This document shows positions 27,819 to 37,992 of a stretch of DNA of 64,000 bases, in pieces (the stretch's first letter is position 1; every line of letters begins with the position of its first letter). The DNA is from Thermoplasmatales archaeon SG8-52-3 (GTDB lineage: Archaea > Thermoplasmatota > E2 > DHVEG-1). Where the stretch lies: NCBI GenBank assembly GCA_001595915.1, contig LSSG01000053.1:3416-67415 (forward strand), written 5' to 3'. The notes below the pieces were generated by a model, which had not been told where the DNA came from, did not search any database, and saw nothing but the letters and a program-made list of their open reading frames with translations. Position numbers and translations under genes: made by a program.

Positions 27819-30641
27819 ATGCAATCTTACAACTATGATTATATAAAAATTGAACAAAAATGGCAGAAACAATGGTTCTCAGAAAAAATCTATGAATCAA
27901 AGAAAGAGAATAAAAAAAAGTTTTTCATACATTTTGCTTATCCTGGTGTTTCAGGATATCTTCATGTAGGTCATATGAGGGGATTTACTTATTGCGACAT
28001 TATTGCTAGATATAAACGTATGTCTGGTTTTGATGTATTATTTCCAGCAGGTTTTCACGCATCTGGAATTCCTTCAATTGGTTTTGCAAAAAAAGTAGAA
28101 AGAAAAGATCCAACTACATTAAAAGATCTTAAAAACTATGGAATATCTGATGAACTGATTAAGAAGCTTACTGATCCTTCTCAAGTTGTTAAATATTTTG
28201 GAAATGTTTATGTTGAGGATTATTGGAAAAAATTTGGTTTTTTTATTGATTACTCAAGAATTATGAGCACCATATCAGACGGTTATAAAAAATTTATACA
28301 ATGGCAGTTTTATCAACTTAAAGAAAAAAACCTACTTGTTCAAAAACCTCATTTTGCACCTTTTTGTCCAAATTGTGGACCTGTTGCAGTAGATAAATCA
28401 GAAACAGATATCCTAAAAGGCGGATCAGCTGAGATTTTAGAATTCACAACTATTAAGTTTAAAATGAATGATGGAACAATTCTTCCAGCTGCTACTCTAA
28501 GACCTGAAACTATTTTTGGTGTCACAAATATGTGGATAAATCCGAATGTAAATCATGTTAAAGCAGAAATTGATGGTGAAATATGGATTCTTTCAAAAGA
28601 AGCACTTGAAAAACTCTCTCATCAATTAAAGGATGTAAAACCGCTTAATGAAAAAGTATCTGGAAAGGAATTAATTGGAAAAACTTGTATCGTTCCAATA
28701 ACAGACCGAGAGATACCAATACTATCAGGACCATTTGCTGACCCAAATGTAGCAACAGGAATTGTTATGTCAGTTCCTGCTCATGCACCATATGATTGGA
28801 TTGCCCTTGTAGAATCAAAAGCAGATATCGAACCAATTACAATTATTGATGTTAAAGGATTTGGTACAAATCCAGCAAAAGAAGTTTGTGACAAATTTGA
28901 TATAAAAAGTCAAACTGAAACAGAGAAGCTAGACCTTGCAACAGAAGAAGTATACAAAAAAGAGTTTCATACAGGATATCTTAATGAGAAATGCGGAATT
29001 TACGCAGGAATTAAGATATCAGATATAAAAGATGCTGTAAAAAATGAACTAATTGATAACAATCAAGCAGTTGTAATGAGAGAATTTTCAGAAGAAGTTA
29101 TTTGTAGGTGTGGGGGAAAAGTTCTAATAAAACAAATTCCAGACCAATGGTTTATAAAATACAGTGATGAAAAGCTAACGAATGACTCAAAAATTCATGC
29201 TGATAATATGAATATTTTTCCACAAGAATATAAAGATGAAATTCCTGGAATTCTTGATTGGTTTGACGACAGAGCATGCATTAGAAAAGGATCATGGCTT
29301 GGAACAGATTTTCCATTTAAGAAGGGTTGGATAATTGAACCTATTTCAGATTCTACACTATATCCAGCATATTACATAATATCAAAATATGTAAATGAAA
29401 ATAAAATTAAAGCAGAGGATATGACAAATGAATTTTTTAATTATGTTTTCTTAAATAAAGGAAATAGTAAAAATCCTGTTTGGCAAGAAATTAAGGATGA
29501 TTTTGATTATTGGTATCCAGTAGATATAAATCTTGGAGGAAAAGAACACAAAACAGTTCATTTTCCAGTTTTTTTAATGAATCATGTAGCAATAATGCCT
29601 GAAGAAAAAAGACCTTGTGGTATTTTTGTGCATTGGTGGGTTACACAAAAAGGAAAGGAAAAAATCAGTAAATCAAAAGGAGGAGTTGAACATATAAATG
29701 AAGCTGCAACAACCTATGGTGTTGATGCTATGCGACTTTATTATGCTCATGTCGGTTCACCTTTTGTTGATATTGAATGGGACTCAGAGGCAGTTATTAA
29801 ATATAAAAATAGACTCGCAGGACTCTATAAGTTAATAGAACAAATAAATGAAATCAAAGAATGTAAAGATCAAAATTTAGACAATTGGTTAAAAAGTTCA
29901 CTTCAAAGAACCATAAAAAAGACAAAAGATGCATTTAAAAATTATGATTTAAGAGTTGCAACTAATGAAATCTTCTTTGAATGTCAAAAAAACATTCAAT
30001 GGTATATAAAAAGAGGTGGAGGAAATAAAAAACTTCTTGATAATTTTGTAGAAAATTGGATAACACTTATGACACCAATTACACCACATTTATCTGAAGA
30101 AATATGGCATAAAAAAAATAAAATTTTTATTTCAAATATTTCTTATCCAGAATATAACGATAAAGAAATTTTTGAAAAAGAAGAAGTTGGAGAATACCTT
30201 CTTTTAAAAGTAATAGAAGATATTTCAGAAATTCTAAAAGTTACAAAAATAACACCTAAAAAAATAATAATATACACTTCACCATCCTGGAAACAAAATA
30301 TTTTTAGAAAAGCAATTGAGCTATCTAGTAAAAACAAACTAAATGTTGGAATTATTATGAAACAAGTTATGAGTGATAAAAAAATGAAATTACTTGGTAA
30401 AGAAATTTCCCAATTTGTAAATAAACTTCCAGGAGAAATTATAAAGTTGAATGAAAATGATAAAAGAAGATATATAATAGATATTAGTGAATATGACTAT
30501 TTAAAAAATTCAAAGGATTATATTAAAAATATATTTAATTCGGATATAGAAATTATTAATAGCGATGACAAAGATGTGTATGATCCTGCTAATAAAATTC
30601 GGTTTGCAATTCCTCTAAGACCAGCAATATTTATTGAGTAA
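27819..30641 (+). CDS. leuS: Leucyl-tRNA synthetase (archaeal type)
   Basis: HVGHMRG (HIGH) and KISKSKG (KMSKS) motifs. 940 aa. Confidence 0.95.
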   Translation: MQSYNYDYIKIEQKWQKQWFSEKIYESKKENKKKFFIHFAYPGVSGYLHVGHMRGFTYCDIIARYKRMSGFDVLFPAGFHASGIPSIGFAKKVERKDPTTLKDLKNYGISDELIKKLTDPSQVVKYFGNVYVEDYWKKFGFFIDYSRIMSTISDGYKKFIQWQFYQLKEKNLLVQKPHFAPFCPNCGPVAVDKSETDILKGGSAEILEFTTIKFKMNDGTILPAATLRPETIFGVTNMWINPNVNHVKAEIDGEIWILSKEALEKLSHQLKDVKPLNEKVSGKELIGKTCIVPITDREIPILSGPFADPNVATGIVMSVPAHAPYDWIALVESKADIEPITIIDVKGFGTNPAKEVCDKFDIKSQTETEKLDLATEEVYKKEFHTGYLNEKCGIYAGIKISDIKDAVKNELIDNNQAVVMREFSEEVICRCGGKVLIKQIPDQWFIKYSDEKLTNDSKIHADNMNIFPQEYKDEIPGILDWFDDRACIRKGSWLGTDFPFKKGWIIEPISDSTLYPAYYIISKYVNENKIKAEDMTNEFFNYVFLNKGNSKNPVWQEIKDDFDYWYPVDINLGGKEHKTVHFPVFLMNHVAIMPEEKRPCGIFVHWWVTQKGKEKISKSKGGVEHINEAATTYGVDAMRLYYAHVGSPFVDIEWDSEAVIKYKNRLAGLYKLIEQINEIKECKDQNLDNWLKSSLQRTIKKTKDAFKNYDLRVATNEIFFECQKNIQWYIKRGGGNKKLLDNFVENWITLMTPITPHLSEEIWHKKNKIFISNISYPEYNDKEIFEKEEVGEYLLLKVIEDISEILKVTKITPKKIIIYTSPSWKQNIFRKAIELSSKNKLNVGIIMKQVMSDKKMKLLGKEISQFVNKLPGEIIKLNENDKRRYIIDISEYDYLKNSKDYIKNIFNSDIEIINSDDKDVYDPANKIRFAIPLRPAIFIE

Positions 30642-30653
30642 AAATTTTAAGAT

Positions 30654-30878
30654 TTATTTTGAAGATTTCTTTTTTAAATCCTTTTTTGAAAAACGTATCA
30701 TAAAGATACTACCGATTAAAATGAAAACAAATCCTGCTCCAATTACATAATAAAGTATGTTACTACTACTAATAGCCGGTCTTTGATTGACATATTCTAT
30801 ATAACTAAATGTAAGAAAACCAAGTATAATAAAAATAAGACCTAATATGTATGCTGATAATTCCTTTAATACTGACAT
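30654..30878 (-). CDS. Small membrane protein (74 aa)
   Basis: Two TM helices with a KKDLKKKSSK tail. Confidence 0.3.
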   Translation of the reverse strand: MSVLKELSAYILGLIFIILGFLTFSYIEYVNQRPAISSSNILYYVIGAGFVFILIGSIFMIRFSKKDLKKKSSK

Positions 30879-30978
30879 GTGAAAGCTATAATTAAAGAAT
30901 ATATATTAAAGGTTATTGGAAATAAATTATTGATTTTGACTTTCTAAATAAAAATTTAAATAATTATTATTATGTTAC

Positions 30979-31710
30979 TTATAATATTGGATAATTCTGA
31001 ACGTTTTCAGCTCCAACAAATGCAGCTAGTGCATAACCCCCAAAACCAAATGATGCAGGTTCACCAGGTATTGCAAATGAGATACCAATCCCTATAAAAC
31101 CTAGTGCAATTCCATTTTGTTGACCAGAAGCAATAAAACCCCATCCTGTTAATAAATTTGCAGCCATAGATTGAGCATTAATAAGTGAAGTCCATATTGT
31201 AACAAAACGAGGTCTAGGTGCCATTATTGGCATAAATAAAAGCCCTCTACCACCACCAGCTATACTACATATAAAGACAGAGCCAGTATCGGAAAATGGT
31301 CCTGGAATTATATTATTTTTAATACTTGTCCCAGGTATATTAACATAAGAAAGCCATTTTGGATTCAAAAGTAAATATACATATTCTTTTGAAATTACTT
31401 TAGGTATTAAACCATTAACATCTAAAATTTCAATGAAATTTTTTTTCAGTAATTGAGTCTCATCACTTTTGAAATCATTTACAATTTTGCTTTTTAATTC
31501 CTCAAATAAATTATAAATATTTTTAGCTGTATCAGTCGGTAAAATAACTTCACATTTGTTTGTTTTCGTTTTATTAAAAGTGTAAAAAGTTAGATTGGCA
31601 TTGGCTATATCTTTGTTATAATCCCCAAGAATAATAGGGGTAAAAGCAACTCCAACAAATAAAACCAACAATACAATTATAAAAGTTTTTAATAATATCT
31701 TGTTTTTCAT
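30979..31710 (-). CDS. Hypothetical exported/membrane protein with Gly-rich C-terminal hydrophobic region
   Basis: N-terminal signal anchor. C-terminal GxxxG-rich hydrophobic segment. Confidence 0.4.
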   Translation of the reverse strand: MKNKILLKTFIIVLLVLFVGVAFTPIILGDYNKDIANANLTFYTFNKTKTNKCEVILPTDTAKNIYNLFEELKSKIVNDFKSDETQLLKKNFIEILDVNGLIPKVISKEYVYLLLNPKWLSYVNIPGTSIKNNIIPGPFSDTGSVFICSIAGGGRGLLFMPIMAPRPRFVTIWTSLINAQSMAANLLTGWGFIASGQQNGIALGFIGIGISFAIPGEPASFGFGGYALAAFVGAENVQNYPIL

Positions 31711-31812
31711 GATATTTTCCTCCCTCTAAACATTATTTGTCAAAATTTATATCAATTAACTAGATTAATAATTTTTGCTTTAAAATAATTCAAAAAACAT
31801 CTAAATAAAAAT

Positions 31813-33267
31813 CTAAATATGAATAATTCTTTTCGGTTTACCCTTTATTTCAGGAGGTAATTGACCAATATTGAATTGTGAAGTTGTGGTTTCGCAATAG
31901 AAATATTTTATACCATCATCTTCAACATACACTCCATGTTCACCCTCTAAATGAATTCCAACAGCAAGATGTCCAGAATTTTTATCTTCAAGTTTATAAA
32001 ACAATAATACTACGTCATAGCCTAATGCATCCATAATTGATGCATATAAAATTGCGGAATCTTCACAATCTCCATTTTTGTCAACCAAGGTCTCTACTGG
32101 AAACTTCCAATATTCAATACAACCCTGACTTTCATTATCAAGAGTATATTGAACATTTACTTGAACAAATCTTAGAATAAAATTTGCTGTTGTAATAATA
32201 TTGAATTTCTTATTATCTGCAAGATTCTTTAATTCAGTTGCAAAATCGATAATTACCTTTTCATTCGAAGTAACATATGCAGCCATTGCTTCATTTGGAA
32301 ATGGTTGATCTTGAGGAGATCTATCAATGTTTGCATTTGCATAGTTTTCATAAGTATCAGATGGAATACTCATTGAAAGTTTCCAATGGTTATTGCTAAA
32401 AAACCATTTATATATTCGATTTATGTTTTCATCACTTGATTTTGTTTCTTCTGATAAAATTATATCATACCATAATTTTCCTTTTGAACCTTCAATAAAT
32501 CCAGTTCCATCCATTATATTTTCTTTGTTATCAATTTGAATAATAAGAGTTGTCTTACTGTTTTCTTTGTTTATATCAATTATATCGTTACTTCCAAAAA
32601 TATCATAATCATACATTACAATTTCAATAATCGTATATGGTTTTTTTGTATCATCAGGAATATCATAGAAAATAGTTTCATGTTGTATTTCCTTTACTTT
32701 TTTGAGCATTACATTCCAACGTTTTCCATTATTATCAATTTTTTTAAAGCTCTCTCCATCAATAATAATATCAAAGTATACTTGAGCCCATTTTAAGATA
32801 TCAACTCTTGATGTTACCATGAATTTTTCTAAAATTATTTCAAAGGATAAATCTACATATGGGTTTATATCTGAATTATCTCCATAACCATCTTCATCTG
32901 TATCACTCCACTCATATGGGTTTTCTGGAAAAGTATCGCTATTATCCCCAACTCTATCTCCATCTGAATCCTTCCACTCATCCGGATCATTTGGAAAATC
33001 ATCTAACTCCAGAGGCGGAGAAGATGTACTATCTTTTTTGGTTTTTTCAGGATTCCATCGATCAGGATATCCATCATCATCTGAATCAACACTAGCAGCA
33101 GGATCATTTGGAAAATCATCTATTTCATCATGTACTCCGTCCTTATCTGAATCTGGTTTATTAGATATATCAGAACTAACAGAATTATTATCAAGAAAAG
33201 TACATCCAGTAAGTGTTGTGAGAATAATTATTGAAATAAATATTAAAGAAATTATTTTTGCTTTCAT
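31813..33267 (-). CDS. Lipoprotein with thrombospondin-type-3-like Ca-binding Asp repeats and C-terminal transglutaminase-like Cys-protease-like core
   Basis: Lipobox LTGC. Repeated DxDxDGxxDxxD (DSDKDGVHDEIDD, DSDDDGYPD, DSDGDRVGDNSD, DTDEDGYGDNSD). NGDCEDSAILYASIMDALGYD...H...D. Confidence 0.55.
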   Translation of the reverse strand: MKAKIISLIFISIIILTTLTGCTFLDNNSVSSDISNKPDSDKDGVHDEIDDFPNDPAASVDSDDDGYPDRWNPEKTKKDSTSSPPLELDDFPNDPDEWKDSDGDRVGDNSDTFPENPYEWSDTDEDGYGDNSDINPYVDLSFEIILEKFMVTSRVDILKWAQVYFDIIIDGESFKKIDNNGKRWNVMLKKVKEIQHETIFYDIPDDTKKPYTIIEIVMYDYDIFGSNDIIDINKENSKTTLIIQIDNKENIMDGTGFIEGSKGKLWYDIILSEETKSSDENINRIYKWFFSNNHWKLSMSIPSDTYENYANANIDRSPQDQPFPNEAMAAYVTSNEKVIIDFATELKNLADNKKFNIITTANFILRFVQVNVQYTLDNESQGCIEYWKFPVETLVDKNGDCEDSAILYASIMDALGYDVVLLFYKLEDKNSGHLAVGIHLEGEHGVYVEDDGIKYFYCETTTSQFNIGQLPPEIKGKPKRIIHI

Positions 33268-33436
33268 TTTTAATTATAATAGTAGTATATTTTTACATAT
33301 AAAAAGATTCTGATACAAACCACAAATTTCTATTTTTTATAACTCTTAAGAGAAATAAACTTTTTTATTTTTAATAATACAAATATTCTTGAAAACTGAT
33401 AAACATAAAAACTAATTAATTATGTATAAAATTTAG

Positions 33437-34132
33437 ATGACAAACTTATATTCTAAAATATCAGAAGATACATGGGATGCTATAGCAAAGAGTTTTGATT
33501 CAACAAGACGAAAAACTTGGAATGAATGTATTGAATTCATTACTTCATTACCAAAAAAAAGTTTAGTTTTAGATGTGGGTAGTGGTAATGGAAGACATCT
33601 GTTACCATGTGCAAAACATTGTAAGAAAGTAATAGGATTGGATATTTCAATTGAACTTTTAGAAATTGTGAAGAAAAAGGTTTTTGATAATAAATTAAAA
33701 AATGTAGAACTTGTTCATTCAGATGCTGTAAATATACCTCTTAAAGCAAATTGTATTAATGCAATACTATATATTGCGACATTACATAATATTTCAGTAA
33801 GATATCGTCGTATCAATTCTCTTAAAGAAATATATAGAATTTTAAAACCTGGTGGAAAGGCAATTGTAAGTGTTTGGTCAAGATGGCAGGATAAATACCG
33901 TCAACATTTTTTAATAAGAATGATTGCTCAATTTGGTCGTAATGAATTTGGAGATATTGATATTTGTTGGAGACAACATGGATTGAATATATCCAGGTTT
34001 TATCATCTTTATAGTAAAATAGAATTTGAAAAGGATATTAAAAAAGCAGGTTTTAAAATAATTAGTATTAAGGGTAAAAAAATTCATTCAAGAAAATATC
34101 CCGATAATTATTTTGCAATCATACAAAAATAA
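33437..34132 (+). CDS. Class I SAM-dependent methyltransferase (Methyltransf_11/Trm9-like)
   Basis: Motif I VLDVGSGNGRH. Post-I acidic residue (GLDIS). LKPGGKAIV. Confidence 0.7.
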   Translation: MTNLYSKISEDTWDAIAKSFDSTRRKTWNECIEFITSLPKKSLVLDVGSGNGRHLLPCAKHCKKVIGLDISIELLEIVKKKVFDNKLKNVELVHSDAVNIPLKANCINAILYIATLHNISVRYRRINSLKEIYRILKPGGKAIVSVWSRWQDKYRQHFLIRMIAQFGRNEFGDIDICWRQHGLNISRFYHLYSKIEFEKDIKKAGFKIISIKGKKIHSRKYPDNYFAIIQK

Positions 34133-34150
34133 AAAAGAAGATATGGTTAT

Positions 34151-35287
34151 TCATTTGCCAATAAAATAACCAATAATATGATTTAGTTTTGGAAATTTCT
34201 CTATAAGTCTTTGAATCAATGAATTGTATGTTATTTTTGATCTTGGTGTTTTAAGATAAACATCAATTTCACAGAAGTTTGATGTATCATCTGAATTAAT
34301 GATTTTTATTTTTCCAATAAATTCCTCAGTTTTATTTGTAGGTGCCGTAACATTTACAGTAATCGTTACACATTCTCCTTCTTGTAAACCTTGACCGCTA
34401 TCTGGTTCAATTTCAAAAACTGCTCCTGGCCAATTTGGAGCTGATTCAAACTGCCAATTTAATATTGTGCCATTGTCTCCACAGTTACATATTTCAAATG
34501 TATCTGAAACTGTAGTTCCAGGTGGTACATCTTCCCAAGAAAGACTACCATCGCAACAGATAGCTGAATCACCTTCAGAAACCATAAAATCATCTACCAT
34601 TAAAAACCAAGAGTCATATGACACACAGTGAATTCCAATATATATGCTCTGGTCATCATAGGAGTCTAGATTATATGAATATTTTGTCCATTCTGTTGGT
34701 GGTTCAATATATGGTGCAGATGATATTATTGTAAAGCTTGTAGGATCTGTATCTGTTGTAGATACTCCAACTTCAATTCTTTCAATGTTATATTGATCTG
34801 AATAAGATTTCGCCCAAAAAGAAACAGTACCAAAATTATTTGGTTCTAATTGAGGAGTAATCAACCAATCATCATTTTGTAACGTATTTTGAACAGCCCA
34901 ACAAACTGTATATTTATCACCTGTATGAGCTAATAATTCAGGATCTTCTTGTGGTGGATCACATGCCAACGGATTGAAAATTAGAAATGCATATGCTTCA
35001 TTTTCATGTGTAAAATTAAATGCTGAATGACCCCATGTAAGTTCTCCATCTACATCAATATTAGTCCATGGTTGAAAATCTATTGAAAAATCTTCATATG
35101 CTTCGAAGCTATCCTCAAATAAAGCATTAGTTTGCAATATTTTTGGTTTATTAATGTTTGAGATAATATTTTTTGTTATTGATGAAATTTCAATTGCTTC
35201 TTTATTATCAGCAATAACAGCAGATGTTGAAAAAACCAATATAAAAGATATCAACAATACTGTATTTGCTTTTATAAAATTTTTCAT
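34151..35287 (-). CDS. Secreted protein: choice-of-anchor-J-like domain + C-terminal module shared with the LanC-like protein
   Basis: Signal peptide. WTNIDVDGE...DDWLITPQLEP...VSFWAK...ERIEVGVST resembles choice-of-anchor J. The last ~120 aa align with the tail of 14961..16763. Confidence 0.45.
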   Translation of the reverse strand: MKNFIKANTVLLISFILVFSTSAVIADNKEAIEISSITKNIISNINKPKILQTNALFEDSFEAYEDFSIDFQPWTNIDVDGELTWGHSAFNFTHENEAYAFLIFNPLACDPPQEDPELLAHTGDKYTVCWAVQNTLQNDDWLITPQLEPNNFGTVSFWAKSYSDQYNIERIEVGVSTTDTDPTSFTIISSAPYIEPPTEWTKYSYNLDSYDDQSIYIGIHCVSYDSWFLMVDDFMVSEGDSAICCDGSLSWEDVPPGTTVSDTFEICNCGDNGTILNWQFESAPNWPGAVFEIEPDSGQGLQEGECVTITVNVTAPTNKTEEFIGKIKIINSDDTSNFCEIDVYLKTPRSKITYNSLIQRLIEKFPKLNHIIGYFIGK

Positions 35288-35413
35288 TTTTATCTTATAC
35301 CTCCATAAAACTATAATTTTTTAAAAATTATAATAAAATAATTTAATTTAAATATTTCCTTAACAATAGTTAATGATAATAGAAGTAAACTATTTGTTAT
35401 TAGATCTATTTTA

Positions 35414-36832
35414 TTAAATAATTTTTTCTTTTCTATGAGTTATATAACTAATAATAATAAGAACAATTATTGATATCAATATCCCCCAAATGGCTGACAA
35501 GAATCCAAATGTTGGAAATATTTTAAATTGAAATAAGAATATCGAGATTTCACCACAAATAATACTTGCAATACATCCATATTTTGTTGCCTTTTTCCAA
35601 TACAGAGCAGCAATTGTTGTAGGACATAAAACTGCAAGACCTGAAAACGTTGTGGAAACAAGTGTTCCCATTATCCCTACCTTTGTATCATATCCACCAA
35701 TTACAAAAAATATTGCAAAAAGGGAAAGAATTATTATAATTGCCTTTCCAAATAATATTTCAGAAATACGTCTTTTTTTTATTGGTAAATCCCTTGATAT
35801 CATTGTGGAAAGTGAGAGCAGTTGAGAATCAGCTGTGCTCATTAAAGCTGCAAGTGCACCTACCATTACAAATGCAAAAATAAAAGAAGGAGCATATGTT
35901 GCAACCATTATAGGAAGAACCATATCTTCAGAACCAATTGCAATTTCAACACTTGTTCCATGAGCCCATATACCAATTAGAACAGGAAACAAGAATAAAA
36001 ATGATACAACAATTGGATAAAAAATCATAGATATCTTTAAAGATTTTTCATTTTTTGCTGTATAAAATCTTGAAAATATCTGAGGAAACATTGGATCTGC
36101 AAAAAGCCATAGAAGCATAAATGAAAACCAAATCTGAGGGAGAAAATAATCACCTCCTCCAGGTCTTGCGAATAATTCTGGTTTTGCTTCAAATGCTGCA
36201 ATATTTGCAGCTTCAAATCCACCAAGAGATATTGCAACAAAAACAACAGCCAAAGTCATTGCAATAATCATTATAAAACCTTGTAAGACATCGGTCCAAC
36301 CTGAACCTCTCATCCCACCAAACAAAACATATAACATTATTATAATCATTGTAATTATTGCACCAACTTGCCAACTAATTTCTGTCATATATTCTATGAG
36401 CATTCCAGCACCAATTGCTTGAGTTGCCAGATATGGAATCGTAAATATCACCATGATAAACATAAAAAGTAATCTCAGACTGGTGCTTTTGAATCTATCA
36501 CCAATAAGTTCAGGAGGAGTAATAAAACCTTTTTCTTTTCCAAGTTTCCAAACCTTTCTTCCAATTATATAAAACATAATTGCCATAAACGCTGTTCCAA
36601 AACCCATTATCCCATATTGGCCAAATCCACTAGTATATGCCTTTCCTGCAAAACCTAAAAAAGTAAATGCAGAAAAATTGGTTGCTGCTAGAGTAAAAAA
36701 TAAAACTATTGGACCAAATGTTCTATTCCCAAGAAAATAGTCTTCTGGAGTTTTTTTTGTTCTTTTTTGTGCATAGAAACCAAGTATTATGAGAATTATA
36801 AAATAGATAGTTACTAAGAATATGAATATCAT
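35414..36832 (-). CDS. Sodium:solute symporter family (SSF) transporter
   Basis: About 13 TM segments, 472 aa, typical SSS topology. Start overlaps the upstream small gene (ATGA). Confidence 0.7.
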   Translation of the reverse strand: MIFIFLVTIYFIILIILGFYAQKRTKKTPEDYFLGNRTFGPIVLFFTLAATNFSAFTFLGFAGKAYTSGFGQYGIMGFGTAFMAIMFYIIGRKVWKLGKEKGFITPPELIGDRFKSTSLRLLFMFIMVIFTIPYLATQAIGAGMLIEYMTEISWQVGAIITMIIIMLYVLFGGMRGSGWTDVLQGFIMIIAMTLAVVFVAISLGGFEAANIAAFEAKPELFARPGGGDYFLPQIWFSFMLLWLFADPMFPQIFSRFYTAKNEKSLKISMIFYPIVVSFLFLFPVLIGIWAHGTSVEIAIGSEDMVLPIMVATYAPSFIFAFVMVGALAALMSTADSQLLSLSTMISRDLPIKKRRISEILFGKAIIIILSLFAIFFVIGGYDTKVGIMGTLVSTTFSGLAVLCPTTIAALYWKKATKYGCIASIICGEISIFLFQFKIFPTFGFLSAIWGILISIIVLIIISYITHRKEKII

Positions 36833-37074
36833 TTTTCAATCCTCCAAAAGAACTTTGAAAATATATAAAAAGATGCAGATGTAAGGAGTGTAAGAAATAA
36901 TAGATAATAAATCCATAAAGGAAGACCGATAATCATTGGTTTTGATGTATTCCAGCCCCAAAAATCAATTGAAAATATAAAAAGTAAAACAAACAATAAA
37001 TACCAAAAAGCATTTTTCTTTTTTGGAAACCAGAACGGTAGATTTTTCAATTTTTTTCCTCCCAGATTATCCAC
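36829..37074 (-). CDS. DUF4212-like small membrane subunit associated with sodium:solute symporter
   Basis: 81 aa, 2 TM, immediately upstream of and overlapping the SSS gene. Apparent GTG start (or TTG 30 nt downstream with GGGAGG). Confidence 0.4.
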   Translation of the reverse strand: MDNLGGKKLKNLPFWFPKKKNAFWYLLFVLLFIFSIDFWGWNTSKPMIIGLPLWIYYLLFLTLLTSASFYIFSKFFWRIEK

Positions 37075-37101
37075 CTTTTCCTGGTTTTAAGGGCTGGAAT
37101 A

Positions 37102-37131
37102 GGTTAAACAATGCCCTTTTTTCGTTTAACC
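37102..37131. repeat. Inverted repeat GGTTAAAC-N14-GTTTAACC
   Basis: Seen directly between the ABC operon end and the symporter operon start. Confidence 0.5.
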
Positions 37132-37173
37132 AGCATAATGGGATAAATAAGAAATAATTAAGTTTTACTAATT

Positions 37174-37992
37174 TTAGACAGTTATATCTTTATGTTCAAA
37201 ATATATCAATGAGATAACCATGCAAACAGTTGTAACACATATTAAAATAAGAGCTGAGCCTATATTGAAATCACCAAATTTTAAAGTGTCATAGGGAACG
37301 AAGTAATGTGTGATAGAAACAACTCCAATTGATTCATAATCGGGAACTGTTTTTGACATTGTTTCAATAACATACATACCCATAAGTAGAGCAATAAAAG
37401 TTATACTTGCCTTCATTTTCTCATTTATAATAACAGATATCAATATTGCTATTCCAAGAATTGCAAGAAAGTATGGAACTGAAGCAACATGAGTTAAAAA
37501 CAAATTACCAAAATCTAATTCTTCACCAATTACAATAGTAATACCAATTACAGCAAGCATAGTTCCAAAGTTTATTATCAAAGTCATTGGAATTAAACCT
37601 ATAAACTTTTCAAAAACTATCTGTTTTCGCGATACGGGATTAGACATCAAAAGATCTATTGTTTTTCCTTCAATTTCTTTAGAAACAATTGATGCTGCAA
37701 TAAAACCGATTACTATCCCAAGTATAATCATCCAAAAGATCTGATAAAGTTCTAAATTCAAAAATCCAACATATGTTGCCATATCAAAAGTTGCTGGTCC
37801 AAAGAAATTTGAAAATGAATCAAAAAGACCTGTTTCTCCCATTTCCTCCAAGGGTTCTTTAAATGCTGGAAACATTCCAGCGTACATAACTGAAATAAGC
37901 ATGAATAAAAGAGTGAGAGTGATTGTTGTTTTTTTGTAGTCAAGTATAGTTTGAATTGCTATTCTAAATCGAAATATATCTTGCATTTTCAA
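37174..37992 (-). CDS. ABC-2-type transporter permease
   Basis: 6 TM. Overlaps and is co-oriented with the ATPase gene. Confidence 0.6.
   Translation of the reverse strand: MKMQDIFRFRIAIQTILDYKKTTITLTLLFMLISVMYAGMFPAFKEPLEEMGETGLFDSFSNFFGPATFDMATYVGFLNLELYQIFWMIILGIVIGFIAASIVSKEIEGKTIDLLMSNPVSRKQIVFEKFIGLIPMTLIINFGTMLAVIGITIVIGEELDFGNLFLTHVASVPYFLAILGIAILISVIINEKMKASITFIALLMGMYVIETMSKTVPDYESIGVVSITHYFVPYDTLKFGDFNIGSALILICVTTVCMVISLIYFEHKDITV

Noticed and set aside
32880-33200. Repetitive DNA in the lipoprotein gene as a possible CRISPR or tandem DNA repeat.
   Set aside because: The repeats are imperfect at the DNA level and sit inside a coding frame. They encode TSP3-like Asp-rich protein repeats. 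No CRISPR-like direct repeats occur anywhere in the window.
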